From an uncultured Chloroflexota bacterium (GTDB lineage: Bacteria > Chloroflexota > Dehalococcoidia > Lucifugimonadales > CAJXCD01), in contig CAJXCD010000003.1 in NCBI GenBank assembly GCA_913051545.1, positions 96,341 through 160,340 of the forward strand: DNA of 64,000 bases. Direction: 5' to 3'. Positions 36,916 through 47,561 of the stretch are shown here, piece after piece (position 1 is the stretch's first letter; each line of letters begins with the position of its first letter). The notes beneath the pieces are model-generated. The model was not told where the DNA came from. It did not search any database and saw only the letters and a list, made by a program, of their open reading frames with translations. Made by a program: the position numbers and the translations under genes.

Positions 36916-39525
36916 CTAATCATTTGGGCAGATAGAATTTCCTAAATCATTATTGGCTTTTTTAGCTGTCTTTTGAATTTCATAAAGTTTATTAAGTGCA
37001 TCTAAAGGTGTGATGGAGGAGATATCCAAATCTAAGATATCCTCGAATACTTCTGCTATAGAATCTATTAACGGCAATTGTCTAGGAATATTACTATCCA
37101 GTTCTGAGTTAGTATGACGTTCCATCCTCGTACCACCTTCTAGTTCATCCAATAATTCCCATGCACGTTTAATAACTGCAGCTGGCAAACCAGCTAAACG
37201 TGCCACATGCACTCCGTAACTCCTGTCTGAACCGCCAGGAAGTATTCGATGCAAGAATATTACGTCTCCATGCTGCTCTGACACTAAAACATTATAATTC
37301 TGGGCTCTGGAAAGTGTATCCGGCAAATCCGTCAATTCGTGATAATGCGTAGCAAAAAGTGTCTTGCAACCTAACTTAGGATGATTGTGAATATACTCTG
37401 CCACTGCTCTAGCTATAGCTAATCCGTCATAGGTACTGGTTCCTCTACCAATTTCATCCAGTATTACCAAAGATCTGTTTGTGGCATGATTTAAAATTGA
37501 CGCAGTCTCTAACATTTCAACCATAAAAGTAGACTGCCCAACTGAAAGATCATCTTGAAGACCTACCCTAGTAAATATTCGATCGACAACGCCAACAATC
37601 GCTGAATCGGCAGGAACATAGCTACCTATTTGCGCCATCAATGTAATGAGCCCCACTTGACGCAAAAAAGTGGATTTACCTGACATGTTTGGCCCTGTTA
37701 AAACTACCATAGATGCTTCTTGGACTGACATTATTGTGTCATTTGGGACAAAAGATCCAGATTCTGCGAAATGTTCTACAACAGGGTGCCTTCCATTACG
37801 AATGTCTAATATGCCATCTTCCCTCATATCAGGCCTTACATACCCATTATTGCTAGCCACTTCACCTAATGAGCAAAATACGTCCACATTAGCTATAAAT
37901 TTGGCTGTGTTTAATATCAAAACAGCTGACTCACATATCTGGCGACAAATCCTACCAAATAACTCGGATTCCATCGATACGATACGTTCTTGCGCACTTA
38001 AAACCTGTGACTCATACTCTTTCATTTCTGGAGTAATATATCGTTCGCCACCAACCAGAGTTTGACGCCTTATATATTCTTCGGGGACACGGTCTATATT
38101 GGACTTACTAACCTCTATGTAATACCCAAACACCTTGTTGTAACCTATTTTAAGTGATTTAATCCCTGTCCTATCACGTTCATGATTCTCCAATCCCGCA
38201 ATGTAATCTCTCGCCCCTTGAGTCGAGAGCTTGATTTCATCCAACTCGGTCGAGAATCCCGATCTTATTACTCCTCCATCAGAAAAGTTTGGAGGAGAAT
38301 CATCTTCTATAGCATTGTCAATAAGGTCTACAACTTCTCTGATGTCCTCAATTTCTTTAGCGATCCACTCAACCCTATAATTGATTTCCTCCTCTAGTAG
38401 CAGATTTCTAATCTTCGGAGCCAGTTTCAAACTCCGCCCAAGCGCCAACAAATCACGAGGGCTAGCTGTATTACTACGTATCTTATTTACAAGTCTTTCA
38501 AGGTCAGAAATCGAAGCGAGTATCCCTTGCATTCGATCCCTGCGAAGCGAACTATCGTGAAACCAACTGACGGCATCTTGACGAAGCTTCACACTGGTTA
38601 AATCTATTAAGGGCGCACCAATCCACTGCTTAATAAGGCGCCCTCCCATCGATGTTTTAGTATGATCCAAAACAGAAATAAGCGACGTGCCAGCATCCCC
38701 TACTCTTCCACCTTCGAACAACTCCAAATTCTTCCTTGTCTGCTGATCTAATGCCATATGTCCAGAAGTTGAATATGTATACATAGATGTCAAATTAGCA
38801 AGAGAAGATTTTTGATTGACGTACAAATACTCCAATATTGCCCCGGATGCTCGTATGGCCATAAACTTATTGTGACAACCGTAAGCCTCTAACGATGAGA
38901 CTGAAAAATGAGACAAAAGCAATTCTTTGGAATTCTCCAACTTAAAGGATTTAGCATCAACTTCAGTGACAGGCATGTCTAGGAGATCTAAGGAGGTTAC
39001 TTGGCCCTCAGGGATCAACAGCTCTGAAGGGTTCAGCCTAGCCAACTCGGCAGCAATATCAACTGTCAATAATTCCGTGGTTGAAAATTCACTCGTCGTT
39101 ATATCAACGTAAGCCAAACCTGCTATATCTTCATTTAGAATTACTGACGCTAAATAATTATTAGATTTACCATCCAAAATTGATTCTTCAATAACTGTTC
39201 CAGGTGTCACTACTCTGACTACTTCTCTTTGAACCAAACCTTTGGATGTAGCTGGATCACTTGTCTGCTCACAAATTGCCACCTTATATCCCTTCCTAAT
39301 CAGCTTCGACAAGTACGAATTGAGAGCATGATATGGGATTCCAGCCAGCGGTACACGATGACCTTTGCCCATCTCTCTAGACGTAAGGGCTATTTCAAGT
39401 TCTCTAGCTAAGGTATGTGCATCTGAATCGAATGTTTCATAAAAATCACCCATGCGAAATAGAAGAATTTCATCCTTATGTTCTTCCTTAATTCTTAAGT
39501 ATTGGCTTCTAGCAGGGGTTGTCAT
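36916..39525 (-). CDS. mutS: DNA mismatch repair protein MutS
   Basis: 869 aa with an N-terminal mismatch-binding region (FRMGDFYETF), Walker A TGPNMSGKSTFLRQ, STFMVEM and DEIGRGTST. Confidence 0.97.
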   Translation of the reverse strand: MTTPARSQYLRIKEEHKDEILLFRMGDFYETFDSDAHTLARELEIALTSREMGKGHRVPLAGIPYHALNSYLSKLIRKGYKVAICEQTSDPATSKGLVQREVVRVVTPGTVIEESILDGKSNNYLASVILNEDIAGLAYVDITTSEFSTTELLTVDIAAELARLNPSELLIPEGQVTSLDLLDMPVTEVDAKSFKLENSKELLLSHFSVSSLEAYGCHNKFMAIRASGAILEYLYVNQKSSLANLTSMYTYSTSGHMALDQQTRKNLELFEGGRVGDAGTSLISVLDHTKTSMGGRLIKQWIGAPLIDLTSVKLRQDAVSWFHDSSLRRDRMQGILASISDLERLVNKIRSNTASPRDLLALGRSLKLAPKIRNLLLEEEINYRVEWIAKEIEDIREVVDLIDNAIEDDSPPNFSDGGVIRSGFSTELDEIKLSTQGARDYIAGLENHERDRTGIKSLKIGYNKVFGYYIEVSKSNIDRVPEEYIRRQTLVGGERYITPEMKEYESQVLSAQERIVSMESELFGRICRQICESAVLILNTAKFIANVDVFCSLGEVASNNGYVRPDMREDGILDIRNGRHPVVEHFAESGSFVPNDTIMSVQEASMVVLTGPNMSGKSTFLRQVGLITLMAQIGSYVPADSAIVGVVDRIFTRVGLQDDLSVGQSTFMVEMLETASILNHATNRSLVILDEIGRGTSTYDGLAIARAVAEYIHNHPKLGCKTLFATHYHELTDLPDTLSRAQNYNVLVSEQHGDVIFLHRILPGGSDRSYGVHVARLAGLPAAVIKRAWELLDELEGGTRMERHTNSELDSNIPRQLPLIDSIAEVFEDILDLDISSITPLDALNKLYEIQKTAKKANNDLGNSICPND

Positions 39526-39607
39526 CTAGCACGCTACCCATAAATTTAACCTGTATTCACCGTATTAAATGTTTTAGTTTTTATTCTGTAAAACCCTACT
39601 TATAGTC

Positions 39608-40594
39608 TTATGGTAATTCCATACGTATATAGTTGACACGCCTGTTAGGTTGAACTGTTGCACCTATCTGTCCACCCTGATGTCCATCGAGTTCAAATGT
39701 ATCGAAAGTTCCTAGTTTTCTATATCCTATTTCTTCGAAAAGGCTCATCTTTTCCTCGTCTTCTATTGATACCTTCGCATAACATCGTCCACTGCGATGT
39801 GATTCCCCCCAATCGAATGCTTTTTGTATTAAATCTGACCAAACATATCGATGAGATTCATGAGTGAATCCATCCACGCTATACCCTCCCTCTTTATCCA
39901 AACATACTGAGGAAAGTCCTACTACACACCCACTATTTGCAATTGCCCCAAACCACGCACCTCGATTCCCTGCTGAAAGAGACCTATACCTCGGATATAA
40001 ACTCATGCACGAATTTTGCACCTTATATCTAGTAGAAAATATACCCAAATTTGCATCTAGAACTTGCCAATTATTCGGACTAAGTATTAGCGGTATCATC
40101 TGAAGATGGAAATCAGGATTACCAACTCTGACTACTGGTTTTATATCACTACTAAAGTGATTAATCAAAAATTCTTCAGGTGAACCATTAGTCATATTGA
40201 CCATCACATTTGCTCCTGCCAGTTTCATCCATCCCAAGCGTCGGTACATTCGTGCAGCTTCTGGATTTCCGGTGCCTAGAAATAATGCCTCTCCACCATG
40301 AATACGAAATTCTTCAATTGCTTCCGAACATAGTTGAGTTGCTATCCCTGAACGCCGAAACTGAGAATTTGTAGCTACTTGCCCCAAACCACCAATTGAT
40401 GGATTATTTGACGAAACTGTAACTGTACAGGTACCAGCAATATTGTCGTAATAGCGTTTAATATATATGTAAATAGAGTTGTGCTCGTGTTCACTTCCCA
40501 AAAGTTCTTCTTTAGAAAGGTCAAAATCACCGAAAATATCTGCCCAAAAAACCATGAGTTCGTCTGCAAGCATCTCCGGTATCGGCACCTTCAT
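39608..40594 (-). CDS. GNAT family N-acetyltransferase with a second GNAT-like C-terminal lobe
   Basis: 328 aa. The acetyl-CoA motif QFRRSGIATQL sits in the N-terminal lobe. The C-terminal ~150 aa have a GNAT-like beta-strand pattern but no clear motif A. Confidence 0.65.
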   Translation of the reverse strand: MKVPIPEMLADELMVFWADIFGDFDLSKEELLGSEHEHNSIYIYIKRYYDNIAGTCTVTVSSNNPSIGGLGQVATNSQFRRSGIATQLCSEAIEEFRIHGGEALFLGTGNPEAARMYRRLGWMKLAGANVMVNMTNGSPEEFLINHFSSDIKPVVRVGNPDFHLQMIPLILSPNNWQVLDANLGIFSTRYKVQNSCMSLYPRYRSLSAGNRGAWFGAIANSGCVVGLSSVCLDKEGGYSVDGFTHESHRYVWSDLIQKAFDWGESHRSGRCYAKVSIEDEEKMSLFEEIGYRKLGTFDTFELDGHQGGQIGATVQPNRRVNYIRMELP

Positions 40595-40923
40595 ATCTGA
40601 TTAGCCACCTCCTCAGTGATCTTGCAATCATATATGTGAAATAGTCTTAAATACCCTCTAATTGCATCTACTATTCCTTGGGTAAATAACAGACGTGAGT
40701 GTAGCAGTAGCTTATCAATATGGTCAATCCAATTTATATATGAAGAAGTTCAATCCTGATTCCTTCAAAACATAGATTTGCGTATGTAAAGATTCATGAA
40801 AACACACATGATTATCTGAATCTGCAAAATTCTCTAAGGTACAATACAGTCAAAGGATAATATTATTCAATATTCCATATATCCTGATACCCCCTTGATA
40901 TTGTTCTGCGAACGGAGGCTACA

Positions 40924-41766
40924 ATGTCTGAAAATAACCCAAAAAACGTGTTAGTGACAGGAGCATCCAGTGGTATAGGGAAAGCTTGCGCTATATATCT
41001 GGCCAAGAAAGGATACTCCGTTATCGCTACTAGTAGATCACTCCCAAAACTATCATCAGTGGAGAAAGTAGTTCAAGACCATGGACTAGATATAAAAACT
41101 GCGGAACTTGATATAAATTCAGAAAATTCAATAGAAGACACAATTCCTTATTTGGTATCAGAACATGGTGTAATCGACGTACTAATAAATAATGCTGGAT
41201 ACGGTTTATGGGGACCTGCAGATTCAATCTCTATCGCAGAGATGGAATCTCAGATGAAGACTAATTTTTTCGCTCCTTTTAGGCTAATGAAAGCTGTTTT
41301 GCCAGATATGCTTAATAATCATAGCGGTACAATCATCAACATTAGTTCAATTCTAGGTAGGATTGGAACTCCATTCAACGGAGCGTATGTAGCTAGCAAA
41401 TTTGCGATGGAAGGCCTGAGTGAATCGATGCGCATTGAATTGTGGCCATTAGGTATAAGAGTGGTACTTTTAGAGCCTGGATATATAAAAACAGACTTCC
41501 ACAAGAATCAGGTTACCGCATCAAAAGCATATTCAACCAACTTACGTTACGGTAAAATCCAATACAATGGGGAAACTCAAAACCGAGCCTATTTTATGTT
41601 AAGCCAAAATCCGATAAAAGTAGCTAAGAAAGTCCATTCTATAGTACGCAGCAATAATCCAAAATTTCGCTACACTATCAATAAAGAAGCAATGATCGGG
41701 GCGCTATGTGCCAGATTTATTCCCGAACGCATATTCCAGTCAATCCTTAGTCGTACCACAATGTAA
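40924..41766 (+). CDS. SDR family oxidoreductase
   Basis: 280 aa with TGASSGIGKA, NNAG and the catalytic YVASKFA. Confidence 0.85.
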   Translation: MSENNPKNVLVTGASSGIGKACAIYLAKKGYSVIATSRSLPKLSSVEKVVQDHGLDIKTAELDINSENSIEDTIPYLVSEHGVIDVLINNAGYGLWGPADSISIAEMESQMKTNFFAPFRLMKAVLPDMLNNHSGTIINISSILGRIGTPFNGAYVASKFAMEGLSESMRIELWPLGIRVVLLEPGYIKTDFHKNQVTASKAYSTNLRYGKIQYNGETQNRAYFMLSQNPIKVAKKVHSIVRSNNPKFRYTINKEAMIGALCARFIPERIFQSILSRTTM

Positions 41767-41819
41767 CATCGTTGATCTACACTTACATTCGATTGTTACA
41801 TAGTCACTAGGTAGTCTAA

Positions 41820-42578
41820 TTACGAGGATATTAACCCTATGAATTCTTTACTCTTTATCTTTTTATCTAATACGTAGCGTATATAAGAACCAAGTAATTT
41901 TTCTACATCTACCAAAAGAACTTCAGGAATGTTGAGTCCCATAACACGATCATATGACTCGTTTTGCAAATACCTTAATAATTTTATGGCACCAACCGAT
42001 ATAGCTGCCGATGGCTCAGAAGACTTACTTCGACATTCAGACCCCAAAATCCCTCCCTTTAAATTGCTAAATCCGTGACTATCAACTTCAAGTTCAGTAT
42101 GACACTCGACACATTGATATATTTCTGGACCGAACCCTGTAATTTTCAACATTTGCATCTCAAAATACCGCAAAGCTAAATCCGTTGTATAAGAAGCTTT
42201 CAATCTACCTAATCCATCAAACAATAACTTGAACTCAGCTGATCCTGGAGATCTGTCTACTGTAAATTTATCTACTATTTCTGCAAAATATAGTCCCTTG
42301 GAGACTAATAATAAATCTTCTCTTATTTCTCGAAAGCTCTGAATGATTTCCACCTCTGTAATTGTGTCAATATTCCTTCCTTCTGCAACCGATATTGATA
42401 CATACGTTAGAGGTTCTAGGTAGCCAGACATCCTACTCCTAGAACGCCTAACTCCTTTCGCCACTAACCTCAACTTACCTGACCCAAGGGTGTATATAGT
42501 GACTATCCTGTCTGCTTCACCGAGCGGAATACCTTTTAATATGATTCCCTCAGATTTGTATGTGCGCGGTCTAGCCAT
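41820..42578 (-). CDS. recO: DNA repair protein RecO
   Basis: 252 aa with an N-terminal OB-fold region (EGIILKGIPLGEADRIVTIYT) and the zinc motif CVECH...GSEC. Confidence 0.85.
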   Translation of the reverse strand: MARPRTYKSEGIILKGIPLGEADRIVTIYTLGSGKLRLVAKGVRRSRSRMSGYLEPLTYVSISVAEGRNIDTITEVEIIQSFREIREDLLLVSKGLYFAEIVDKFTVDRSPGSAEFKLLFDGLGRLKASYTTDLALRYFEMQMLKITGFGPEIYQCVECHTELEVDSHGFSNLKGGILGSECRSKSSEPSAAISVGAIKLLRYLQNESYDRVMGLNIPEVLLVDVEKLLGSYIRYVLDKKIKSKEFIGLISS

Positions 42579-42726
42579 TGGGATATAACCTATAACTATA
42601 TGTGATCTTCCACCGATTTATATAATTACCAATTCACGAATTATAATAAGATCTTAATTGGCTTCAACTCAGTTGATAAGTATCTGACGACTTAGATCAT
42701 TAAAACTGCTGAAGGAAATTACCTGG

Positions 42727-43335
42727 TTAGAATTCCTGACGACCCTCGATAGCACGGCTAAGTGTAACTTCATCAGCATATTCCAAATCACCTCCAACAG
42801 GTAGACCCCTAGCAGGACGAGTTACTAAGATGCCAAGCGGAGAAATTAGACGCTGAAGGTACATTGAAGTAGCCTCTCCTTCCAAGTTAGGATTAGTAGC
42901 TAATATAACTTCCGTTACCGTACCATTCTTAATTCTATCTAATAAAGATTTGATTTTAAGATTTTCTGGACCGATACCATTCATAGGATCTATAACACCG
43001 TGTAACACATGATACAAACCTCTATATGCACCAGTACGTTCAAGGGAAACTACATCCAATGCTTCTTCTACTACGCAAATCCTAGCACTATCCCTAGTCG
43101 AATCCGAACAAACATTACAAGGATCACTTTCAGTAATATTGTGACACACTGAACAGAGTACAATCCGGTCCTTTACTCCAACAATAGCTTCTGCTAGAGA
43201 CGCTGCTTCTGAATTAGGCATACGTATAATGTGATAGCTCAAACGTTGCGCCATTTTGGGACCAATACCGGGAAGTTTGTGAAACTCTTCCACCAACTTG
43301 GCCACAGGGCCAACATCTTGATGCCGTCGAATCAT
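42727..43335 (-). CDS. recR: recombination protein RecR
   Basis: 202 aa with a helix-hairpin-helix (LPGIGPKMAQRL), the C4 zinc finger CSVCHNITESDPCNVC and a Toprim domain. Confidence 0.95.
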   Translation of the reverse strand: MIRRHQDVGPVAKLVEEFHKLPGIGPKMAQRLSYHIIRMPNSEAASLAEAIVGVKDRIVLCSVCHNITESDPCNVCSDSTRDSARICVVEEALDVVSLERTGAYRGLYHVLHGVIDPMNGIGPENLKIKSLLDRIKNGTVTEVILATNPNLEGEATSMYLQRLISPLGILVTRPARGLPVGGDLEYADEVTLSRAIEGRQEF

Positions 43336-43372
43336 GATTTAGCTTTCATATACAATCGTAAATTGTTTTAAA

Positions 43373-43681
43373 TCACCCTAATCCAGGGATTTTTAACCCC
43401 CCTGTCAATGAATTCATCTTATTTGCTGCAACTTCTTGAGCTTTATCTAAACCCTCATTGACTGCAGCACGAACCAAGTCTTCTAACATTTCTACGTCAT
43501 CAGCAGATACGACATCGGGATCTATTGTTAATGACTCCAGTCGAAGTTTACCACTTACTGTAACCTTAACAACTCCTCCACCGGTTGTGGCATCGACTGT
43601 CGAGTTCTCAAGCTCCTCCTGCATCTTTGCCATATTTTTTTGAAGTTCTTGAGCTTGCCTTAACATCTTTTTATTCATCAT
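43373..43681 (-). CDS. ybaB: YbaB/EbfC family nucleoid-associated protein
   Basis: About 100 aa with MLRQAQELQKNMAKMQEEL ... GGGVVKVTVSG ... LEDLVRAAVNEG. It lies in the conserved dnaX-ybaB-recR order and overlaps the dnaX stop by 11 nt. Confidence 0.9.
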   Translation of the reverse strand: MMNKKMLRQAQELQKNMAKMQEELENSTVDATTGGGVVKVTVSGKLRLESLTIDPDVVSADDVEMLEDLVRAAVNEGLDKAQEVAANKMNSLTGGLKIPGLG

Positions 43682-45299
43682 GGACTACATCCTCCTTCTC
43701 ACTAATCACACTTGCTCCTAAGTTCTGAGCCACTTTAACTAAATGACTACGTTGTGCGACATTTCCTATAGATTCATTACCCACAGCATCAATCAATTCT
43801 GCCCTAACATCAATGGAAGCATTCATGTTTTTTTGAAAAACTTCTTTTATTAAATCTCTAGATCTGGAGTCACGAAGCTCTTCTTGCATACGTTCGAGAT
43901 GTGAAACATGTGAATACTTCAACACAATAGTATCACCATCGATAACTTTCTCCGTACTAGATCTCAGCAACGCACCCAAATTGAATCTCCTGCCCTTTAC
44001 AGTTTTTAGTTCCTTCAAAACTGATCCCCATTGAGTTACAAGTTTATCAGGCGGTTCTGAGGACTTTACGGTCAACTCATCGGGTACATGAATAGACTCA
44101 ATCACCTCTTTATGACCATTGAAAACTCCTTCAGAATCTGCCGACTTAACACTATCTTTTGTGTCAACCTCCCTGACCTGGTCACTTAATCCAGAAAAAG
44201 TCTTTGTGTCTGATTCAATTCCATCAGCGAAAAGAAAACTACATTCCACCAGAGTTAATTCCAAGCGGAGAGAGGACGTAGAGTCAATTCCCAAATCTGT
44301 TTGCACAAACTTGTCTAAAACTTGTACAACTTGCTCAATAGAAACATCTTTCAATATATTTTCAAGCCTAGATTGAGACTCCAGCGTATGAACCGATGTA
44401 TCCTTCACGCCAGATTTAATTAATAGTGCAGATCTGAGACATTCAACTAATACTCTGTGAAACTGAGTAACATCCGCGCCGTCAGTAAACACCTGATGGA
44501 CTAAATTTAACCCTTCCTTAAGAGAACCAGAGAAAATATGACCCACTAGATTCAAAGCCTGTTCATCATTATTCAACCCAAGAAGTTCTCTTATATGATC
44601 ATCTAGCAGAGGGGATCCATATGATACTAGTGCTTGCTCAAGAAGATTTTCAGCATCTCTAAGGCTGCCTGACGATGATCTAGCTATAACATTTAGGACC
44701 TTCTCATCAACATTAACCCCTTCGTCTTTGCAAAGTCTCATCAATCTACTAGTCATATCTGATAAAGCAATACGCCTGAAATCAAAACGCTGACATCTTG
44801 AGATCACTGTTGGCGGCACTTTGTGAATATCAGTAGTGGCTAATATGAAAACTGCATGAAGTGGGGGTTCTTCCAAAGTTTTTAACAAAGCATTAAATGC
44901 TGGCTCTGTTAACATGTGCACTTCGTCAATAATATAAACTTTTTTCCTTGATTCATTTGGTGCGAAATGCACCTTTTCCCTAAGACTTCGCATATCATCT
45001 ATGCCACGATTACTAGCAGCGTCAATCTCTATTAAATCTAGTGCACGAGACTGTCTAATAGAGACGCAAGAGTTACAAGAATCATCTGGTTCTCCACCAA
45101 CTGTTGACTCACAATTCAAAGCCTTCGCCAATACCCTAGCGGTACTAGTCTTACCAGTGCCCCTAGGACCACAAAAAAGGTAAGCATGAGCCGTGTTGCC
45201 ACTTTCCACTGCATTGCGAAGGGTCCGTGCCACTACTTCCTGCCCAACCACCTCATCAAGTCGTCTAGGACGCCATTTCCGATAAAAAACTTCTTTCAT
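43671..45299 (-). CDS. dnaX: DNA polymerase III subunit gamma/tau
   Basis: 542 aa with Walker A GPRGTGKTSTAR, a zinc module CES...CNSC, Walker B YIIDEVHMLT and SRCQRF. Confidence 0.93.
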   Translation of the reverse strand: MKEVFYRKWRPRRLDEVVGQEVVARTLRNAVESGNTAHAYLFCGPRGTGKTSTARVLAKALNCESTVGGEPDDSCNSCVSIRQSRALDLIEIDAASNRGIDDMRSLREKVHFAPNESRKKVYIIDEVHMLTEPAFNALLKTLEEPPLHAVFILATTDIHKVPPTVISRCQRFDFRRIALSDMTSRLMRLCKDEGVNVDEKVLNVIARSSSGSLRDAENLLEQALVSYGSPLLDDHIRELLGLNNDEQALNLVGHIFSGSLKEGLNLVHQVFTDGADVTQFHRVLVECLRSALLIKSGVKDTSVHTLESQSRLENILKDVSIEQVVQVLDKFVQTDLGIDSTSSLRLELTLVECSFLFADGIESDTKTFSGLSDQVREVDTKDSVKSADSEGVFNGHKEVIESIHVPDELTVKSSEPPDKLVTQWGSVLKELKTVKGRRFNLGALLRSSTEKVIDGDTIVLKYSHVSHLERMQEELRDSRSRDLIKEVFQKNMNASIDVRAELIDAVGNESIGNVAQRSHLVKVAQNLGASVISEKEDVVHDE

Positions 45300-45312
45300 A
45301 CAGTTAAACTCA

Positions 45313-45822
45313 TTACTGGTGAAGATTCATAGCCATTATTCGATTCTGAGCATCTGTCATTTTTGCCGCTTCTTCAATCTTTTCGTGATCGTGCCCTAAG
45401 AGGTGCAACACGCCATGAGTGAGAAGAAGCTCCAACTCCTTTAGTATTGAGTGTCCAGAATTTTGAGCCTGATGTAATGCCATTGGATAAGAAATTACGA
45501 CTTCGCCTATGGGTTCAAAAATTCCTGGAGGTAAAACAAACTCACAGGAAATATTATCGATTTTGTTAGAAAAATCTTCACCGTAGTACGCTCCCCTATA
45601 TAAAGAAGAGAAAGAAAGAACATCCGTATTTTCATCCAAACCACGGTATTTTTTATTCAACTGCCTGATGGTTTCATCATCCGATACAATAACGTTTAGA
45701 ACACCGCCATCTTGATTAAATTCACATGATAATGCCCTCTCAACAACTTTGGTCAACCAAATGGTGGATACAAGTGGTTCAAATTCTGGAAGAATATCAA
45801 TATTCACTTCAAACATATTCAA
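45313..45822 (-). CDS. ybeY: rRNA maturation endoribonuclease YbeY
   Basis: 169 aa with the zinc-binding motif HGVLHLLGHDH. Confidence 0.9.
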   Translation of the reverse strand: MNMFEVNIDILPEFEPLVSTIWLTKVVERALSCEFNQDGGVLNVIVSDDETIRQLNKKYRGLDENTDVLSFSSLYRGAYYGEDFSNKIDNISCEFVLPPGIFEPIGEVVISYPMALHQAQNSGHSILKELELLLTHGVLHLLGHDHEKIEEAAKMTDAQNRIMAMNLHQ

Positions 45823-45909
45823 TCAGACTTGCCTCTTAGAAATGCAACTTACTACGTGAGAATCTAATTATATTATCTCAGATTACCCTATCAGCTATAA
45901 CGCTTTGGT

Positions 45910-46575
45910 TCAATCTTCAACACCCATCATTCCTACTAAATCTTCTAGAGATATCTCTGACAAAGCATCTAACTTAAAGTCAGCTCTGTCGAATATCATA
46001 TCTTTGGTCATTGGGTTGGTAACAACTATACAATACATCCCCGCATTCTTCGCGGAAGTCAACCCATTATATGAATCCTCTATAGCTACAGCTCTTTCAG
46101 GGGATGATCCTAACAAGCTTATAGCCTTAAGGTACAATTCAGGATTCGGTTTTACATTTTCAACATGGTCTCTGCAAACAACACAATCAAAATAGCGAAG
46201 TAAACCACGCGATTCCAAAAGACCCTCAACCCACTCCTTTGACGAGCTAGATGCTACGCCAATCTTGAAACCTAATTTACGCGCATCTTCGATATATCGT
46301 TCTACACCAGGGAGAGTAGGACTCTCCCTTATTCGTTTAGCGTACCGCTCACTTTTAGATTCAAATACTATGTCTCTGTTTAAATCTCTACCTGCCAAAT
46401 TTTGCAGGTGTTCGAAAGCATCGAACCGTACAGTCCCGCCACCTATAATTTTTTGCCATAATCTACGGTCTAACTTAACTCCATGTTCGTGGAAAACTTC
46501 AGACCACGTCTTGAATTGCGGAGTTTCCGTATCAATAATTACTCCATCAAAGTCGAACACAACTGAATCTATCAT
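45910..46575 (-). CDS. HAD-IA family hydrolase (beta-phosphoglucomutase-like)
   Basis: 221 aa with motif I VFDFDGVIIDTE, motif II VASSS and motif IV EDSYNG. Confidence 0.85.
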   Translation of the reverse strand: MIDSVVFDFDGVIIDTETPQFKTWSEVFHEHGVKLDRRLWQKIIGGGTVRFDAFEHLQNLAGRDLNRDIVFESKSERYAKRIRESPTLPGVERYIEDARKLGFKIGVASSSSKEWVEGLLESRGLLRYFDCVVCRDHVENVKPNPELYLKAISLLGSSPERAVAIEDSYNGLTSAKNAGMYCIVVTNPMTKDMIFDRADFKLDALSEISLEDLVGMMGVED

Positions 46576-46784
46576 ATAATTACTCCAGAATCAGTACGAC
46601 GTGAGATTCGATAACTGAGATTACATGCACAAGTTCAGGTTTTATAGTGGCAAATTTTGACGAATACTGTGCCTAAATCACCTAAAATAGGCAAAATACT
46701 CACTAGGGATCCTATTTGCAGAGAAAAGCTAATCTGCCTAAAACTGGCTTTAATACGCACGTTTCAACTAGAAAGCACAGAGTT

Positions 46785-47447
46785 CTAAGCCTTATACACT
46801 CCATCCAGGAAACTATACAAAGCATCAGTCGCAGTCTCTACTGCTACAACTACCTCTTCCGATGCTTTTTCGGTTTTTACTAATGACTCCACCATTTCAC
46901 GTTCAGCCTCAGAGTGTACCTCATCAAGAGTCTTGTGAACTGAGAAAAATGATACCGCTTCCTCGTTGTCAATACCATAATTATCACGGAGTCCTTCTAT
47001 TTTTGCAGAAGCTACAGCCGGTATCTGAGATTCAAAAGCATATAGCGATGCTGCGCCAGAAGCTACTGAACCTGTGGATGTCAGCTCTTTGTATGTAGAT
47101 ACTAATTTTTCAGTGGCCTCATCCTGGTTACCTTCCTCTACATCAACTCTATCTAGACCTAACGAATCACAAAATTTTAGCCACAACTCCACATGATTCT
47201 CATCACCGTGCTCCTCATCCCATAAGTTTTCAAGAAGCAACTGGCGAACAGAAGCATTATCACACCGGTGATGTAATCCACTGATAAAAGTAGGATATGA
47301 ACGCTCAAAATGGTAATACTGAGTCGCATATTCTTTTAGAGACTCTACTGGTAGCTCTCCCTTATTCCACGCCTCATAAAAAGGATGCTTAAGGAGACTC
47401 TTTTCAGCTATTATTTCGTCGATACGTTCCATTAATTGATTCGTCAC
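46785..47447 (-). CDS. CADD/PqqC/TenA-like heme-oxygenase-fold (di-iron) protein
   Basis: HPFYEAWNKGELPVESLKEYATQYYHFE and ENLWDEEHGDENHVELW resemble the CADD/PqqC family. I chose the GTG at 47447 because GGAGG lies 7 nt upstream. The ORF track start at 47486 is probably too long. Confidence 0.65.
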   Translation of the reverse strand: MTNQLMERIDEIIAEKSLLKHPFYEAWNKGELPVESLKEYATQYYHFERSYPTFISGLHHRCDNASVRQLLLENLWDEEHGDENHVELWLKFCDSLGLDRVDVEEGNQDEATEKLVSTYKELTSTGSVASGAASLYAFESQIPAVASAKIEGLRDNYGIDNEEAVSFFSVHKTLDEVHSEAEREMVESLVKTEKASEEVVVAVETATDALYSFLDGVYKA

Positions 47448-47561
47448 GTTGCAACCTCCATGATGATATAAATATGACGCAAACAACCACCCAAACCTAG
47501 AGGCACCAATTATACGGCATCTTATCCCTCATCGCTACGTCCATATATTAATTAGACTGGT

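Noticed and set aside
44938-44948. An A-run (GGAAAAAAGTT on the coding strand) in dnaX as a possible tau/gamma programmed frameshift site.
   Set aside because: It lies in the N-terminal AAA+ module (ESRKKVYIIDEVH), far upstream of where gamma-producing frameshifts occur. It also lacks the A AAA AAG heptamer plus downstream hairpin arrangement.
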